From Octopus sinensis (taxonomy: Eukaryota): DNA of 64,000 nt. Of the stretch, positions 40,071 to 53,559 are shown one piece after another; the stretch's first letter is position 1; every line of letters begins with the position of its first letter. Location of the stretch: the NCBI RefSeq assembly GCF_006345805.1, contig NC_042999.1:155868001-155932000 (forward strand), read 5' to 3'. Position numbers and translations under genes: made by a program. The notes under the pieces were generated by a model, which was given only the letters and a program-made list of their open reading frames with translations, had not been told where the DNA came from and ran no database searches.

Positions 40071-43000
40071 ATTCTGGAGACAAAGAAAGAGTAGATAGGA
40101 AGGGAGGGGAAAAAGAGAGAAAACAAGGAAAAAAGGGGAGGAGGAAGTATTTATGGATTAATCTAAGTCGGTCAGATTAATTCTCAACATTTTTTGTTTT
40201 TTTATATTATTGCAACAGAGAGAAAACTGATCACAGGTGATACAAAATGAAAGGTAACACTTTAGTCTTAGATACAGATGTGGAGATTAGTGTAGGTTGT
40301 CTTTAGTATTTGTAAATAATTTTGTCAAGGTCACTTCTCTAAGTAATAAATGGAGAGTATTATCTGAGAACACTAAGGTGTAAAAAGATTAAATAATAGA
40401 CGCAGGTATGGCTGTGTGGTAAGAAGCTCCAGGTTCAGTCCCACCTGGTAGAACTTTGGGCAAGTGTCTTCTACTATAGCCATAGCCTGACCAAAGACTT
40501 GTGAGTGGATTTGGTAGAAGGAAACTGACAGAAGCTCGTGCGTGTATGTTTGTGTTCCACTACAGCTTGACAACTGGTGTGAGTTTATATCTCTGTAACC
40601 TAGCAGTACAGTAAGAAGAGACTGATAGAATAGGTACCAGGATTTAAAAAATAAGAAGTGGAGTCAATTCGTTTGACAAAAAATTTAAGGCAGTGCCCCA
40701 ACATGGCCACCAACTAATGAGAATGAGTTTAGAGAATAAGAAAAAATAGGTAGTGAGTACCTGTCATTAGTGATATTGATATACATTGGGAATTTTTCCA
40801 GGTAGATGTTTACACACTGTGAGGGGGAAGAGGCTGGAATGGAATTCCCCTAATCTAGCTCGTTTCCCTCCACCTCAACAAAAGCTTTATGGACAAAGAT
40901 AGAAAAACAACAGAAATTAAAATAAAAAATGAATACATTACACATTTTAATTACTATATAATGAGCTATATTACTATAATTACTATATAAGGTGTGTGAA
41001 TATTTTAATCACAAACCTCTTAATACGCCAGATATTGATCAACTATCTGAGAGCTAAGTCAAAAGATAAGGTGTTTAATGAACTTTAATTAGCACTCCAT
41101 TGATCTTTAAAAAAATTAATTAAGGGGGAAGGTCAATGACCTGATTTAAATGACATATACAAAGAACAAAAAAATAAAAACTTAAAAAATCAATCAGAAA
41201 CTAATATCATCACCAGATCAGTAAATCTAGACAGATTTTATTCGGAATAATATTTAGGAAAACAAATGTACACAGAACCTCGTTATAGCCCATGCTGTGT
41301 AGTTTTATTCTTTGCTTGTTTTCTTTAACACTTTAAGGATATATATATATATATATATAGTTCTCAACTTTGTCACTCCATAAATCCAAAATTTTATTTA
41401 AGTATTTATGGGAGCAACTGTCTTCAAAGACATATTGTTGTTGATTGCTTGAAATGGGGAGTAGCTAAACAGCCAACAACTGACGAAGGGTCATTCTTTG
41501 TATTATTTGTCCCGTTTTTCATTTTTCCCCTTGTTTGCGTATTTAACTTATTTGTTTTCATATTTCATGTTTACTGTTGGTTACATTCTGCACCCATATA
41601 CATTATACATATAAAGGAGGAAGAAAAACGAATGAGAAAATAGCTTCAGCCTAAGGTGTCAAATGTGTACACCTTAAGTACGTGTTGGTAGATAAGGAAT
41701 GGCTTGTTATGAGCTTTCAAGTGTTGAATTACATAACGAATAAAAAATAAGTTTATCTCCCCAGGGCAAAGATATAGTTGGACGAGTCAAATTTACACAG
41801 CGCCAACAAACAAAAATATCTGAATCACAGAAGAAACTATAAAACTTTTATATCAATGATTAAAAATAGGAGTGATGGAATATGGTTGGGGTGGAGCAAC
41901 TGAATGACATCTTTGTTCCAAATTCAATATGTACTGCGGTAGCAATAGTTATGTGAACATTTATAGTAAATACTGTCCCATGGCATAGAAATCACAGATC
42001 ACACCTTTTTTTCATGAACAAAACACCAGTTTGTCACAGATCTGCTCATTTACAGCTGAGTGAATGAGGGAGTGGTGGGTGAAATGATACATTTTGCTCA
42101 AGAAAAGAAGGCACTGCCCTGTCCAAGAGTAAATTACAATCATGCAATTGTGAGGGCAACAACCTATCAAACCTATGTATTGTGGCTAAAAATTTGTATT
42201 GTGTGATACCACGTAGAAAGCACCCGTGTGGGTGCCATGCAGGGAGCGCCCGCACTGGCGCCACGCAGACAGCGCCTGTGCTGGTGCTATGCAGACAAGG
42301 CCCACGCCAGTACATTCACAAGGCTTTGGTCATCCTAGAGCCCTAGTAGAAGATGACACTTTTGCAAAGTGCCACCCAGTGAACTAAAGCAAAAGGCCAT
42401 CTGCAGTTATTTGAATTTAAGATTGAGGAATTTTTAGTTTGACATCTTGGCTTGCTTTCGTTTTAAATTTTCTCTAAGCAGCAGGTCAATTGTGGTCAAG
42501 AAAACCATGACCAGGCATTCCAATAAGACCAAACTTAAAACCTTGTGCTTGGGAAGCAAACTTCTTAACCACATAATTTCTGCTTCTAATTTTCAAATCT
42601 ATTTTGGACCAATGTCAATGCCACCTGACTGGCACTTGTGCTGGTGGCATGTAAAAAATACCATTTAAGTGTGGTCGATGCCAGTGCCACCTGATTGGCT
42701 CCCATGCCAGTGACACATAAAAAGCACTCACTACACTCTTGGAGTGGTTAGCATTAGGAAGGGCACCCAGCTGTAGAAACTTTGCCAGATCAGACTGGAG
42801 GCTGGTGCAACCTCCTGGCTTGCCAGTTGTCGGTCAAACCATCTAACCCATTCCAGCATGGAAAGCTGACGTTAAATGATGATGATCAAAAGGCAAAAAG
42901 TTAAGACTGATGTCCAAACCATTTATAAGCAGACAAAAAGCTGAAAAGGAAACTGGTAAAGGTTTGGGTTTTGCAAGTCAAAAAGATAAAGTGAAAAATT

Positions 43001-43303
43001 TTATTGCCCAACACCTCTAGGCACTGCAAATTCCAGCACACCTCAATCGTTGTGATAACAGTGATAGATGGTGGGTATAAAGAAAATGACACTCTAGCTT
43101 ATTTTTTTAGGATATCAAGTTGTCAAAGATAAGATTTAAACACTAAATTTATCAAACAGTTGATCCTCTTCTTCCTTTTACCCACCCAGCTAAGAGAGAT
43201 TTATGTTGAAATTGATAACTTCAAGTAGTCCTCGATCATACATGGCTCCAGCCATGACCATCCCAGCACTGTTTTTTTCCTTCAGACTGTATGTCTAAGA
43301 CTA

Positions 43304-43505
43304 CAGTAATCCCTCGACTATCATGGGTGTTTCACCCAGTGATCAGTGAAAATCCGAAGTAGAAATTTTTATAATTTGTATATATGTATTTTATAATTTG
43401 TATATATGTATTTTATAATTTGTATATTTCATTATAAATGCAAAACACCACCACGGAGGAACCAACATAAGCTTATATAAGCCATGATATGGCAAGGGAT
43501 TATTG
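43304..43505. mobile_element. Tc1/mariner (Tigger-like) MITE
   Basis: TA-cagtaatccctcg ... caagggattattg-TA; internal about 22-bp tandem repeat. Confidence 0.75.
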
Positions 43506-44517
43506 TATATTATCTATAGTGTCCTTCCCATTTGAAAGCAGCAAGGTGATTTAGTTGCTATTTCTAGTTAGCAAAGTTTCCCCCACTGACTAGTTCATTC
43601 AGATGTCTTCTTGGTTTATTCACAAAGAAAGTGGGAGAAGTATTAAGAGGGGGACAAGGAAGTACATTTGTTAACTGGCAAATGTAATAGAGAACCAAAC
43701 AAGTAGAGTTATTTTCTACTGTCAAATATCCTACATTCCTTACAAAACTGAGAGGACTGTATTCTTCAGGATATTACTGGTTCAGGAACAGGAAAAAAAT
43801 CTCATTAGGTACCTTAATTTTCAGTTAAAGTCCAACCAGTAACCCCAGGTTGTCAATAATAAGGGAACAAAACAACCAATTGGATGTTTACAATACAAGT
43901 TACATAACTAGTAAACTCACCAACACTGGTTGTGAAGCAGTGGTGGGGTGGATAGACGGACACACACACACGATGGGCTTCTTTCAGTTTCTGTCAACCA
44001 AATCCACACGAGGTTTTTGGTCAGCCTGAGGCTAAAGCAGAAAAACACTTACCCAAGAAAGATTGAACCCAGAACCTTGTGGTTTAGAAGCAAGCTTCTT
44101 AACACAACCATGCTGGCACCTATGTTCACTGATACATAAAATTAATATACCTATCTGATTGCTATTAGTCGAATACAGAGGCCTAGGTGTTGTTTTTATT
44201 GCCCAAAGCTCACAGTAGGATGAATAGAAACTATAGAATGTATTTTGTTTTTCCCACCTACACCACAGGAAATGGGTCTGTGACCGAAGAGACGTATCTG
44301 AACTAAAGCATCACTGGTTTGGTTCAGTGGAGCATTTCCTTACATAGAATCAAAGTAAGGACTAGATGATAGATAGGAAGAAATAAACAAAACTAAACAG
44401 TTATTCCTATTCATACTTCACCAAGTGTAATTATATAGAGTCACAAGAGAATGGAGGTGTGTGCTTAAAGGTGGTACAATAAAAGAAAAAGGGTATTTAT
44501 GTGTGTGCATGTATATA

Positions 44518-46185
44518 CTCTTTACTCTTTTACTCTTTTTTACTTGTTTCAGTCATTTGACTGTGGCCATGCTGGAGCACCGCCTTTAGTTGAGCAAATT
44601 GACCCCCAGGACTTATTCTTTGTAAGCCTAGTACTTATTCTATCGGTCTCTTTTGCTGAACCGCTAAGTTACAGGGACGTAAACACACCAGCATCAGTTG
44701 TCAAGTGATGTTGGGGGGACAAACACAAACACACACATATATATAAATATATATATATATATATACACATATACATATATACGATGGGCTTCTCAGTTTC
44801 TGTCTACCAAATCCACTCACAAGGCTTTGGTCGGCCCGAGGCTATAGTAGAAGACACTTGCCCAACGTGCCACGCAGTGGGACTGAACTCGGAACCATGT
44901 GGTTGGTAAGCAAGCTATATACCACACAGCCACTCCTGCACCTATGTGTATGTGAACATAATACATACCTCATAGTATGTAGGTGTAGGCATGGCTGTGT
45001 GGCAAGAAGTTTGCTTTCCAACTGCATGGTTCTGGGTTCAGACCCAGTGTGTGGGACCTTCGGCCAACCAAAGCCTTGTAAGTGGATCTGGTAGACAGAA
45101 AAAAAAAATCTGTTGTTTTTGTGTGTGTCCCATTACTGCTTAACTGGTGTTGGTGTGTTTAGATCCCTGTAACTTAGTGGTCAGCAAAAGAGACCGATAG
45201 AATAGGCACCAAGGTTCAAAAGAGAAATAAGTACTCAGGACGATTCATTCGACTAAGAATTCAAGTTGGTGTCCCAGCATGGCCACAGTCTAATGACTGA
45301 AACAAGCTAAAGATAAAAGGTATATATTATGTGTAAATGTCAATAACATTCTAAAACAATAACTGAATATTTACTGAGGAATCCATTGTAGAGATCACGC
45401 CGACTGGGACATCACAACTATCTTTTACTTGTTTCAGTTTGCAACCATGCTGGGGCACCATCTTGAAGAATTTCTAGTCAATTGAATCGATCTCAGCACT
45501 TTTTTTTTAAAGTCTGGTACTTCTATCATTCCCTTTTGCTGAACCTCTAAGTTACAAGGATGTAAACAGCAACACTGGTGGACAAACAGACATATGAAAC
45601 ACACGACAGGTTTCTTTTTAGTCTCTGCCTTCTAAATCCACACAAAAGGCTTTGGTTGGCCCAAGGCTATAATAGAAGACATCCAATGTGCCATGCAGAG
45701 GAATTGAACGTGGAATGATGTGGTTGGGAAGCAAACTTTTCACCTTACAGTCATAGTGGCATCTTAGTTGTGAGAGTTAACATTAAAGAAGCACAAATGA
45801 CACGTACCCATAGGTGCAAGTTTGGCTGTGTGGTAAGAAGCTTGCTTACCAACCACATAGTCCCGAGTTCAGTCCCACTGCATGGCACCTTGGGCAAGTG
45901 TCTTCTACTATAGCCCTGGATTGACCAAAGCCTTGTGAGTGAATTAGGTAGGCAAAAACTGAAAGAAGCCTGTTCGTGTATGTGTGTATGTATGTGTGTA
46001 TATATGTGTGTCCACCATCTCTTGACAACAGATGTTGGTGTGTTTACGTCCCCGTAACTTAGCGGTTCGCCAAAAGAAAACCGATAGAATAAGTACTGGG
46101 CTTACAAAGAATAAAGTCCTGGGGTCGATTTGTTCGACTAAAGGCAGTGCTGCAGCATGGCCGCAGTCAAATGACAAACAAGTAA
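44518..46185. mobile_element. Four alternating SINE family A copies: 44518-44938 (-), 44987-45320 (+), 45421-45760 (-), 45812-46185 (+)
   Basis: Family A motifs in alternating orientation with gaps of 100 bp or less. Confidence 0.85.
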
Positions 46186-49100
46186 ATGCACAGGTAGTAT
46201 TAAGGAGGAGTTGATAGTTTTCATTACTACAATATTTATCTGAACAAAGTCGGTGTGCAGACAGACGACAAATGCACATTGTTGATACTCGTGAGGACTT
46301 TCTGTATTGTACAAGTGTTCGGCTGTATGGTGTGTATGAGAATAGACAAGGGAATGAGAAACCCGAGGTCAGGATGAAGGCGATGCGAGGTGAGAGAGAG
46401 TGGGGGAGGGGCACAGTAAAACAGTTAAAAGTAGGGTAACTGAATCCTCCTCTTGTGTCAAGACTCCAGCTGACACTTAAGCACATGGGGCATATCGGTT
46501 ATATTTCGCTGACATCTTGTCACTGGTTGCCTATTACTACTACTTCTACTACTACAAGCAGTAGGTCAAATATGACGCACGCACACGTACGTACATATAT
46601 AAACACAGCACCTCCATATCAGAGCCAACATCTAGTTTTATATACACACATATTTATACATGTTTCACAAAATAAAATAATATAAATACCACAGAAATTC
46701 CTATAATTTTTTAAATTTTTGTTTTCGCTTGTTGCTGATATTAGCCGAATAAATAGAATATTTTATGAAAGTTAACTAACCATGAACAACTTCAATGAAA
46801 CTGTGAAAACAAGTTTCAAAGTTTTATTGGGTACCGTAGGAGGTTGGTGAGTTTTTATTTTTGCTTTCCTCAGAGAGGAAGCACTTACCCCCACCGCTTC
46901 CAGACCATTGCTGAATGCTTCAGGTTTTACTTTTAGATGACTAATTAAAGGTGCTCTAGTTAGGTGTTTATCTTCCGAATTTTAAGTTTAAAACTTCGGT
47001 TTGAATTTCGACTTCTACACCCGCTCCCTCACCGTGGTCGCTTAACCTGCAAGAAATAGCAGTCATACATGCTTCAAAATCCACCGTCCCATATAACAAA
47101 GTCCTAAAAACAGACAGAATAATAATAATAAAAATACGGCGGGCTTTCGAAATAGCTGTTGAGAATAAAATGAAATTTCGATGGCAAATTTTTGGAGTGG
47201 TTTCGGTATATTTTCGTCACTCTAAAATACATGTAATTCGCATTAAATCTTATTTTTGTGAAAAATCCACGTTTTAAAACATTTTAACTGCCCACCACTT
47301 CAACGTGCCTTTGGAGTTGCTGTCACACTTGGGATGGTCAAACCTGGAATACCTTTCACATAGGTAATTCCTTGGAGTTCACCTCGAGAGCTAAAACTAT
47401 ATATTTAGTTTCAATACAAAAAAAAAATTGCACAAAATTTTGGCACAAGATCAACAATTTGGGGGGAGGGGTTAATCGATTACATCAACCCATGATTGAC
47501 TGGTACTTAATCGATCATGAAAGGTAAAGTCGACCACGACGATAACATGTAGAGTCGGAAGAAATACCACAAGGTATTTTGTCCGACGCACGAACGATTC
47601 TGCCAGCTTGCCCGACCCCCTTCCTTAATAATATTTCTTTCCCCCCCTAAGAACAAGGCCTGAAGCTGACGGGAAGAACTAGTCGATTGTATTCAACTGG
47701 TACTTATTCTATAAGCGCCGCCCGAAAGAAGGAAAGCTCAGCAATATTCGAACACGGAACGTAAAGATTCGTAAGAAATGACACTAGGCATTTTATCCGA
47801 TGCACTACCGATTCTGCCAGCTTTACACTATATTTTTTCGTCAAAGTTTAACTATGTCACCTTGATGATAGATTTTTACACGTGGACAAAGAATAGAGAG
47901 ATAATGTTGATCAGATGATATTACATGATGACAAGGGCTTTGTAAAGGACTATAAGAATGTTTAGGGATATGGTCCTATACGTTCGGGTTTCAACTCTCA
48001 CCGGAATTCAAAACAAGCCGTCTGTTCTTCCACGGTCGAGAAAATACATCGATCAAGTATTGGAGATCGATACAATTGATTATACCCTCCACTCACCCAA
48101 AAATATGCTTTGTGTCTATAATCAACATTACAAATGAATTGTTATTGCTATTTAACTCAGGTCACCCTGATAAATCCGGTTGAGGATCCAAAGGGTTCCA
48201 ACTATGACCAACCCGTATTTTTGTGCCCCCCTTTTTTTTCAGATATAGCATCTATGATTATATTAGCCAATGTACCCTTCCTTTAACCCAGTAGTATATG
48301 ATTTTAAGGGGATTTTGGGTGTTATTCCTAGCACATCGACGAGCGAAAACTCAGAGGGGCCCTGATTATGTGCGAGTATGCGTATGCATGGGTACGTGTG
48401 TGTGTAAACGTATGTATGTGTGTGTGTGTGTATGTGGGTGCATACAAGCCAAATAACCGGTTCAAGGCGTGTGTCAAACTGAAGAATCAAAGCGTGTGCA
48501 CAAGTTTATAGTAAATATATACATTGTATAGAGAAAACACCCGAAGCCTATACAAAAACAGTGAATATGTGTTTATTATTCATCCAAAGTAAACAGTACT
48601 TGTGTAGGCACGTTTGTTGTGTACATATATATTTATTAAAGGAGAAAGAGAGAAAGAAAATTAAAGTGCTACACACGACTATGGTAGACAAACACATTCA
48701 TGATCGCTCTCTCTCTCTCTCTACACACACACACAAAGATACACATTAATTCGATCAAGTAATAATTTATGATGTAAGAAGTTATACGTAGTTGACAAAA
48801 AAAGTGATAACAGATTTTCATAACGTATTAGACCTGAAATGAAGACGTCTAAGGGAATTTTCTTAGCTTATTTACTAATCTATATATATTACAGTATTTT
48901 TGTATGTGTGTTTACAAACAAAACTGAAAAAGCACTCAAAAGTAATATATATATATATATATATATATAAGCTGTGTGTGTGTGTGTGTGTGTGTATGTG
49001 CTGCTATCAATTTATATATATATATGTATATTTCACTATCACACTGGACAAAGTATATCAAATTTCTCTCTTTACGGTTGAGGAGCACCGTCTTCGAGTT

Positions 49101-49532
49101 GGTGTCATCTCTCTATACCTTCGGGGAGGGGGTTCAAATCTAGACGTAAATGTCAGTATATAGGGGGAGGGGTATACGTGTTTATGTGTCTATATATGTG
49201 TATGTCTATGTGTGTGTTTGTGTCGATATGTACATATGTGTATGAGAGCTATTAATGTTTGTGTGCGTAAGTCTATGCATGTATATGTTTGTATATACAT
49301 GTATATACGTGTGCTTATGTGTGTCTATGCGTAAAGACACATACACACACAATGTGAAAGTTTACTAATTACAGAAGTTCCATAACATAACCAAACCATT
49401 GACAGTAAAACTTAAAAACCTTTCTTGGAAGCAATCAAGGAACTTAAGTGACCAAAGTAAGGAAGTCAAAGAAATAAACAAACAATAAGACAGACATAAT
49501 TAAAACGCATAGAACAGAAGTTGAATATTTAC

Positions 49533-49643
49533 CTTATTATTTTCAAGTGCCTGTGCCGAGTGGGAATCCTTGGCAGCGAAACAATTTTGACATTTGCTCT
49601 TGTTGAAGATGTTGGGTACAAATTTCCGGCATTTTGAAGCCAT
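49533..49643 (-). CDS. osp/MPRIP: First coding exon of Outspread / MPRIP (myosin phosphatase Rho-interacting protein) homologue; gene continues leftwards out of the window
   Basis: Manual translation from ATG at 49643 gives [37 protein letters not shown]. This matches the [18 protein letters not shown]...H N-terminal motif of vertebrate MPRIP and Drosophila Outspread. There is an in-frame TAA 18 nt upstream of the ATG, and the exon ends at a phase-0 donor AAG|GTAAAT. The expected PH-domain exon (KCGYLFVAP...RWQRR) was not found in the window. Confidence 0.92.
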
Positions 49644-49780
49644 ATTCACTACTTTTAGTTATCAATACATTTAGAAAATATAGATAGATCTATGTGTAAG
49701 ACATTTAAAGAAATTCACATGTAATAATATATATATGCATGTGTTTATGTGTGTGTGTGTGCATGTACATAAATATAGAG

Positions 49781-49826
<46 letters not shown>

Positions 49827-50739
49827 GGATGGACAGGCTATGTATAGTAATACATAGGTTGAAAAGATATGTGTATATATTTATAGAAATTCATAAATAT
49901 ATAGTATATGTGAGTGCTTGTGTATGTGTAAAATACACATTTATATAAATATGTGTGTATGTATAAGAATGGACAGGTTGCTATGTATAAGTAAAAATAT
50001 ATAGCCGTACTCCACATGTATATTAAATTCACAAGTGTTTGGAAGGTGCGTGTATAGTATTTAATTAGTTAATTAATACATTAATTAACTGTCTGTTAAA
50101 CAAATATACTCCTTTCTTTATATGTCCAGCCGAACTGGGACTGCGTAGTAGTGGCTAGTAGTAACAATACTATAACAAACAGCACAGGTACTATAGTCGC
50201 AATACATAATAGTGTTGTTGCTTCTGTTGTAGTAGCTGTCGTACATTGGCGGCGGCGGTGGTGGTGTTGATCGTAATAATAATCATTAGGTCTACTTTGC
50301 CGGGTGCTTGTTAACGATGGGGACAGTCTTGCCGTGGCTTTACGACGGCCCACTAATAATGGTAGAACTACTAGAGACACTAACCGTATTGTTTTTAATG
50401 GTCCGGTCACAATCAAAGACAGCCACGCTCTGTATGTCTCCACAAACATTTAGTTAGTCCGGTCGCCGACTTGGTATGTCGGCTTTCGTCCGTGTCTTGT
50501 CTTAGTTGCTTATTATTTTTTTTCCTCTTCCAATTGGTGCGTATTGTATGTCTCCGTAATGTTATTTACAATAGTTAATTGTTAATATTGTGATAATAAT
50601 TATTGATTTAGCTATATATAGACATAGAAATATGTATGAGGACACGTATAGAGACTTTCTAAGTTTGTTTCTCCTGAATTTGCATGTACATACATAATAA
50701 AACACCTTTGTTAATTGTATTAATTAAGCGGCGTGCTCC

Positions 50740-51180
50740 GGCAGAAGACCGCCATTTGGCTTTGGTAGGAGAGAGTGAGTGCGTGAGAGAGAGAGAAAGA
50801 CAGAGAGAGAGTATGTGAGAGAGGTGGAGTGTCTTTGTGAAAGAGACAGAGTGTAAGTATGAGAGTGGGGGAAATGTGTTTGTGAGAGAGAGACTTAGTT
50901 GAAAGAGAGAGGGAGTATGTTTATAAGACAGAGCCTGTATGTGAGAGAGGGGGAGTGTGTTTGTGAAAAAGATAGTGTGTGAGGGAGGGGGAATGTTTGT
51001 GTGCGATTGTGAGAGAGAGGGAGGGAGGGAGCTAAGGTAAGGAGTCGGTCAACACAGTCTAAAGCTAGCAAAATAGTAGTGACCAAGGAAATACAGTGTC
51101 CAATCCGTTATTCAGCCTGTTACTATCAAATTGAGTCAAGATGGACTATTTACTAAAAATACAAACTGCTTGTTGTTAGT
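50740..51180 (-). promoter_or_regulatory. Probable promoter/TSS region of the osp/MPRIP gene
   Basis: YY1-type CAAATGGCGG on the minus strand (50758-50749), a CT/GA-rich tract just upstream, TGAGTCA at 51132-51138 and a CCAAT nearby. CpG-retaining unique sequence about 1.1 kb upstream of the ATG. The exact TSS cannot be determined from sequence. Confidence 0.55.
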
Positions 51181-51530
51181 GTTGGTGTTGGTTTTTAGTA
51201 GCAGTTGTAGAGTTGGATGAAGGGGAGGTGGAAAGAGAAAGAGTATGTAATTGTATGAGGAAGAGTGATAGGGTGACAGCGACAGCGTGTAGGAGGGGAA
51301 GGAGAGAAAGAGTAATAGTAATAGCAGGAGTGATAGAGAGAATAAAGGTGCTTAATGAAAATAGAGAAATAATGGTTAATTATATAGCGAGTGAAAGAAT
51401 AAGGTAAGACATGAGAAAGAGGGGTGAGTTGAATATAAGAGAAACGAAGGCGGGGGAAAACAGAGAGTGAGGTGACAGACAAATTGAAAGGGGATATTGT
51501 ACATACATACATTTGTGTGCGTATGTATGT

Positions 51531-51562
<32 letters not shown>

Positions 51563-53559
51563 TACATTTACTACTGCTGTATTTCTATATTAACTCCGTC
51601 ACCAGCTGCAGTAGTAATATCGTTGTAAATCCGAACATTGGAATCCCAACGTGCTCGCCGATTCCCGAACCGGTTTCGGATCGGAATTGGCGCTGGGTTG
51701 GCAGAATCGTTAAATGACTGCGGAATTATTTAATTTACAACTCGTTACGTTCGGTGTTCAAACCCTGTCGAAGTCATCTGTACTTTTCGCGTCTCTTTTT
51801 TTTTTTTTTTTAATTATTTTTTATTAAGGGTCGGTAAAATAAACTACCGGTCGATTTAATATTCCTAAAAAAAAATCATCCAAAATGTAAAGGGAATCAT
51901 TATTGAAGAAGGGTGCATTCTTGATTTAATTCATTATGCGTTGTCACAGATATCTTTTGGAAAGATATGAACATCATACATTCTCGTTTCCCCTCTTCTT
52001 ATAAAAACTGAGACAGTTTGCCAACAGTTTTTTTTTTATATATTGTATAAATTATATACTCATTTTTTTAAATATTTTGTGTTACGAACTAAAATATTTC
52101 TGATATGAGTTAACAACGGACAATATACCTGCTAGAAATTGTAGACAAATCTCCCTCGGTCATCTTAATAAAGGAAGGACACATTAGAAAGATAGATGAA
52201 ATAAAGAAAAAAAAAAAGCCGGGATGCTCACAGCTGGAACGTCATTAATGGCAGGTCGCCAGATCGATATCGTTTGACCTGACTTAACAATTTTGATAAC
52301 ACTAATGCATAATATATACTCGAGTCAACGAGGAAACCTCAACTCGGTTGCGTGACCCGCTAGAAATTAATACCAGATACCCCCAAATTTTAACAGGAAG
52401 AACACATTTGATAATACGACCCCCCATAGATTATATCTGAAAAAACTAAATAAATAAATAAGACAGGATGATCACGGATCGGATTGCCTAGATCATATGT
52501 CTGTCGGTCAGCGTCGACCTGGGTCTAAATTATAAATCGCAGCTACTACTGCTGTTTAACCCTAGGTCAACACTGCTCGTGCAGAACTATTAATATTCAT
52601 CTTTCTAAATGTAACCATTCTGTTTTCTTTTTTCTGTATGTGTTGTGTATCTAGGACTACATTATTGAATGTGTCTTTATTTTATAAGATTATGGTGAGA
52701 TTGCTAACAGGTCGAGCGATCGCGTGGAGTCTCCGTCTTTGACAAGGTAGTAGTTGTCGAGCCGATACATGATCAAAGGAATGCTTGCCGTGACCATGCC
52801 GTCTTCTTCCAGGCACATTACTCCTAAGACTCCCATATGTTCTAGCTGACGCTAAGGTATATCAGGATCTACATTAAGCAGATTCTTCCCAGCTATGAGT
52901 ATCCTGTATTTATATTTTCGCATATGACTATGTTACCCCTTCTAACGCCGTATGGAATGATTTGAGGATAACTCGGCTGCTTGTTTACTTGAGCGACTGC
53001 GAAGAGGCTCTATCGTTATTTTGCGCCTGTGCTATGTATAATCAATAAGGCGTTTGACCGGCAAATAACAAAATAATTTTTGAAGAAAAAAAAAAAAAAA
53101 ATGCGGTTAATTATCCGCAGACGCCATCTGCATGAAAAAGAAAAGTTAAGCTGTTAAAATACTTAATGAAGTGAGCATCAAAAATCTAATTAGAAATAAT
53201 TTTTGGAAATAATAATTTTTTTTTTATTGCGGTATCTCATCACTATGATAAATATCTGATGATTATTAAAGAACACACACACACACACGCACGCACACAC
53301 ATACACATACATACATACATACACATAGAGTCTCTATGATAGAGATTTTATGCATCTCCGGGTGGAGACTGGATGAACCAAAATCGAAGTCAATGGAATT
53401 TCAATGCAGAAAAAGAAAGAGGAACAAAACAATGAATGCAATTAAGCATGTCTACCCGTTTATTAAGGAAAATTACTGCGTTGTGAATAGTTTTACGATA
53501 TAAATTGAAAAATTCTATCAGATTCGTCGCCTCCTCTTCTCGTAAACTCATTAATTAGA

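Noticed and set aside
41470-41600. CTGACGA followed by a T-rich tail, possible PLE end
   Set aside because: No stem II-GAAA could be built. The ccgatga...gaaac at about 33250-33282 likewise lacks stems.
1-46200. Roughly 2:1 excess of SINE family A copies in the gene's sense orientation
   Set aside because: The same skew is seen outside the gene and counts are small, so selection against cryptic splice acceptors cannot be claimed.
50455-50495. GAAA followed by a GCCGAC/GUCGGC hairpin on the minus strand, hammerhead-like
   Set aside because: No CUGANGA box and no UH cleavage site; treated as an ordinary 5'UTR hairpin.
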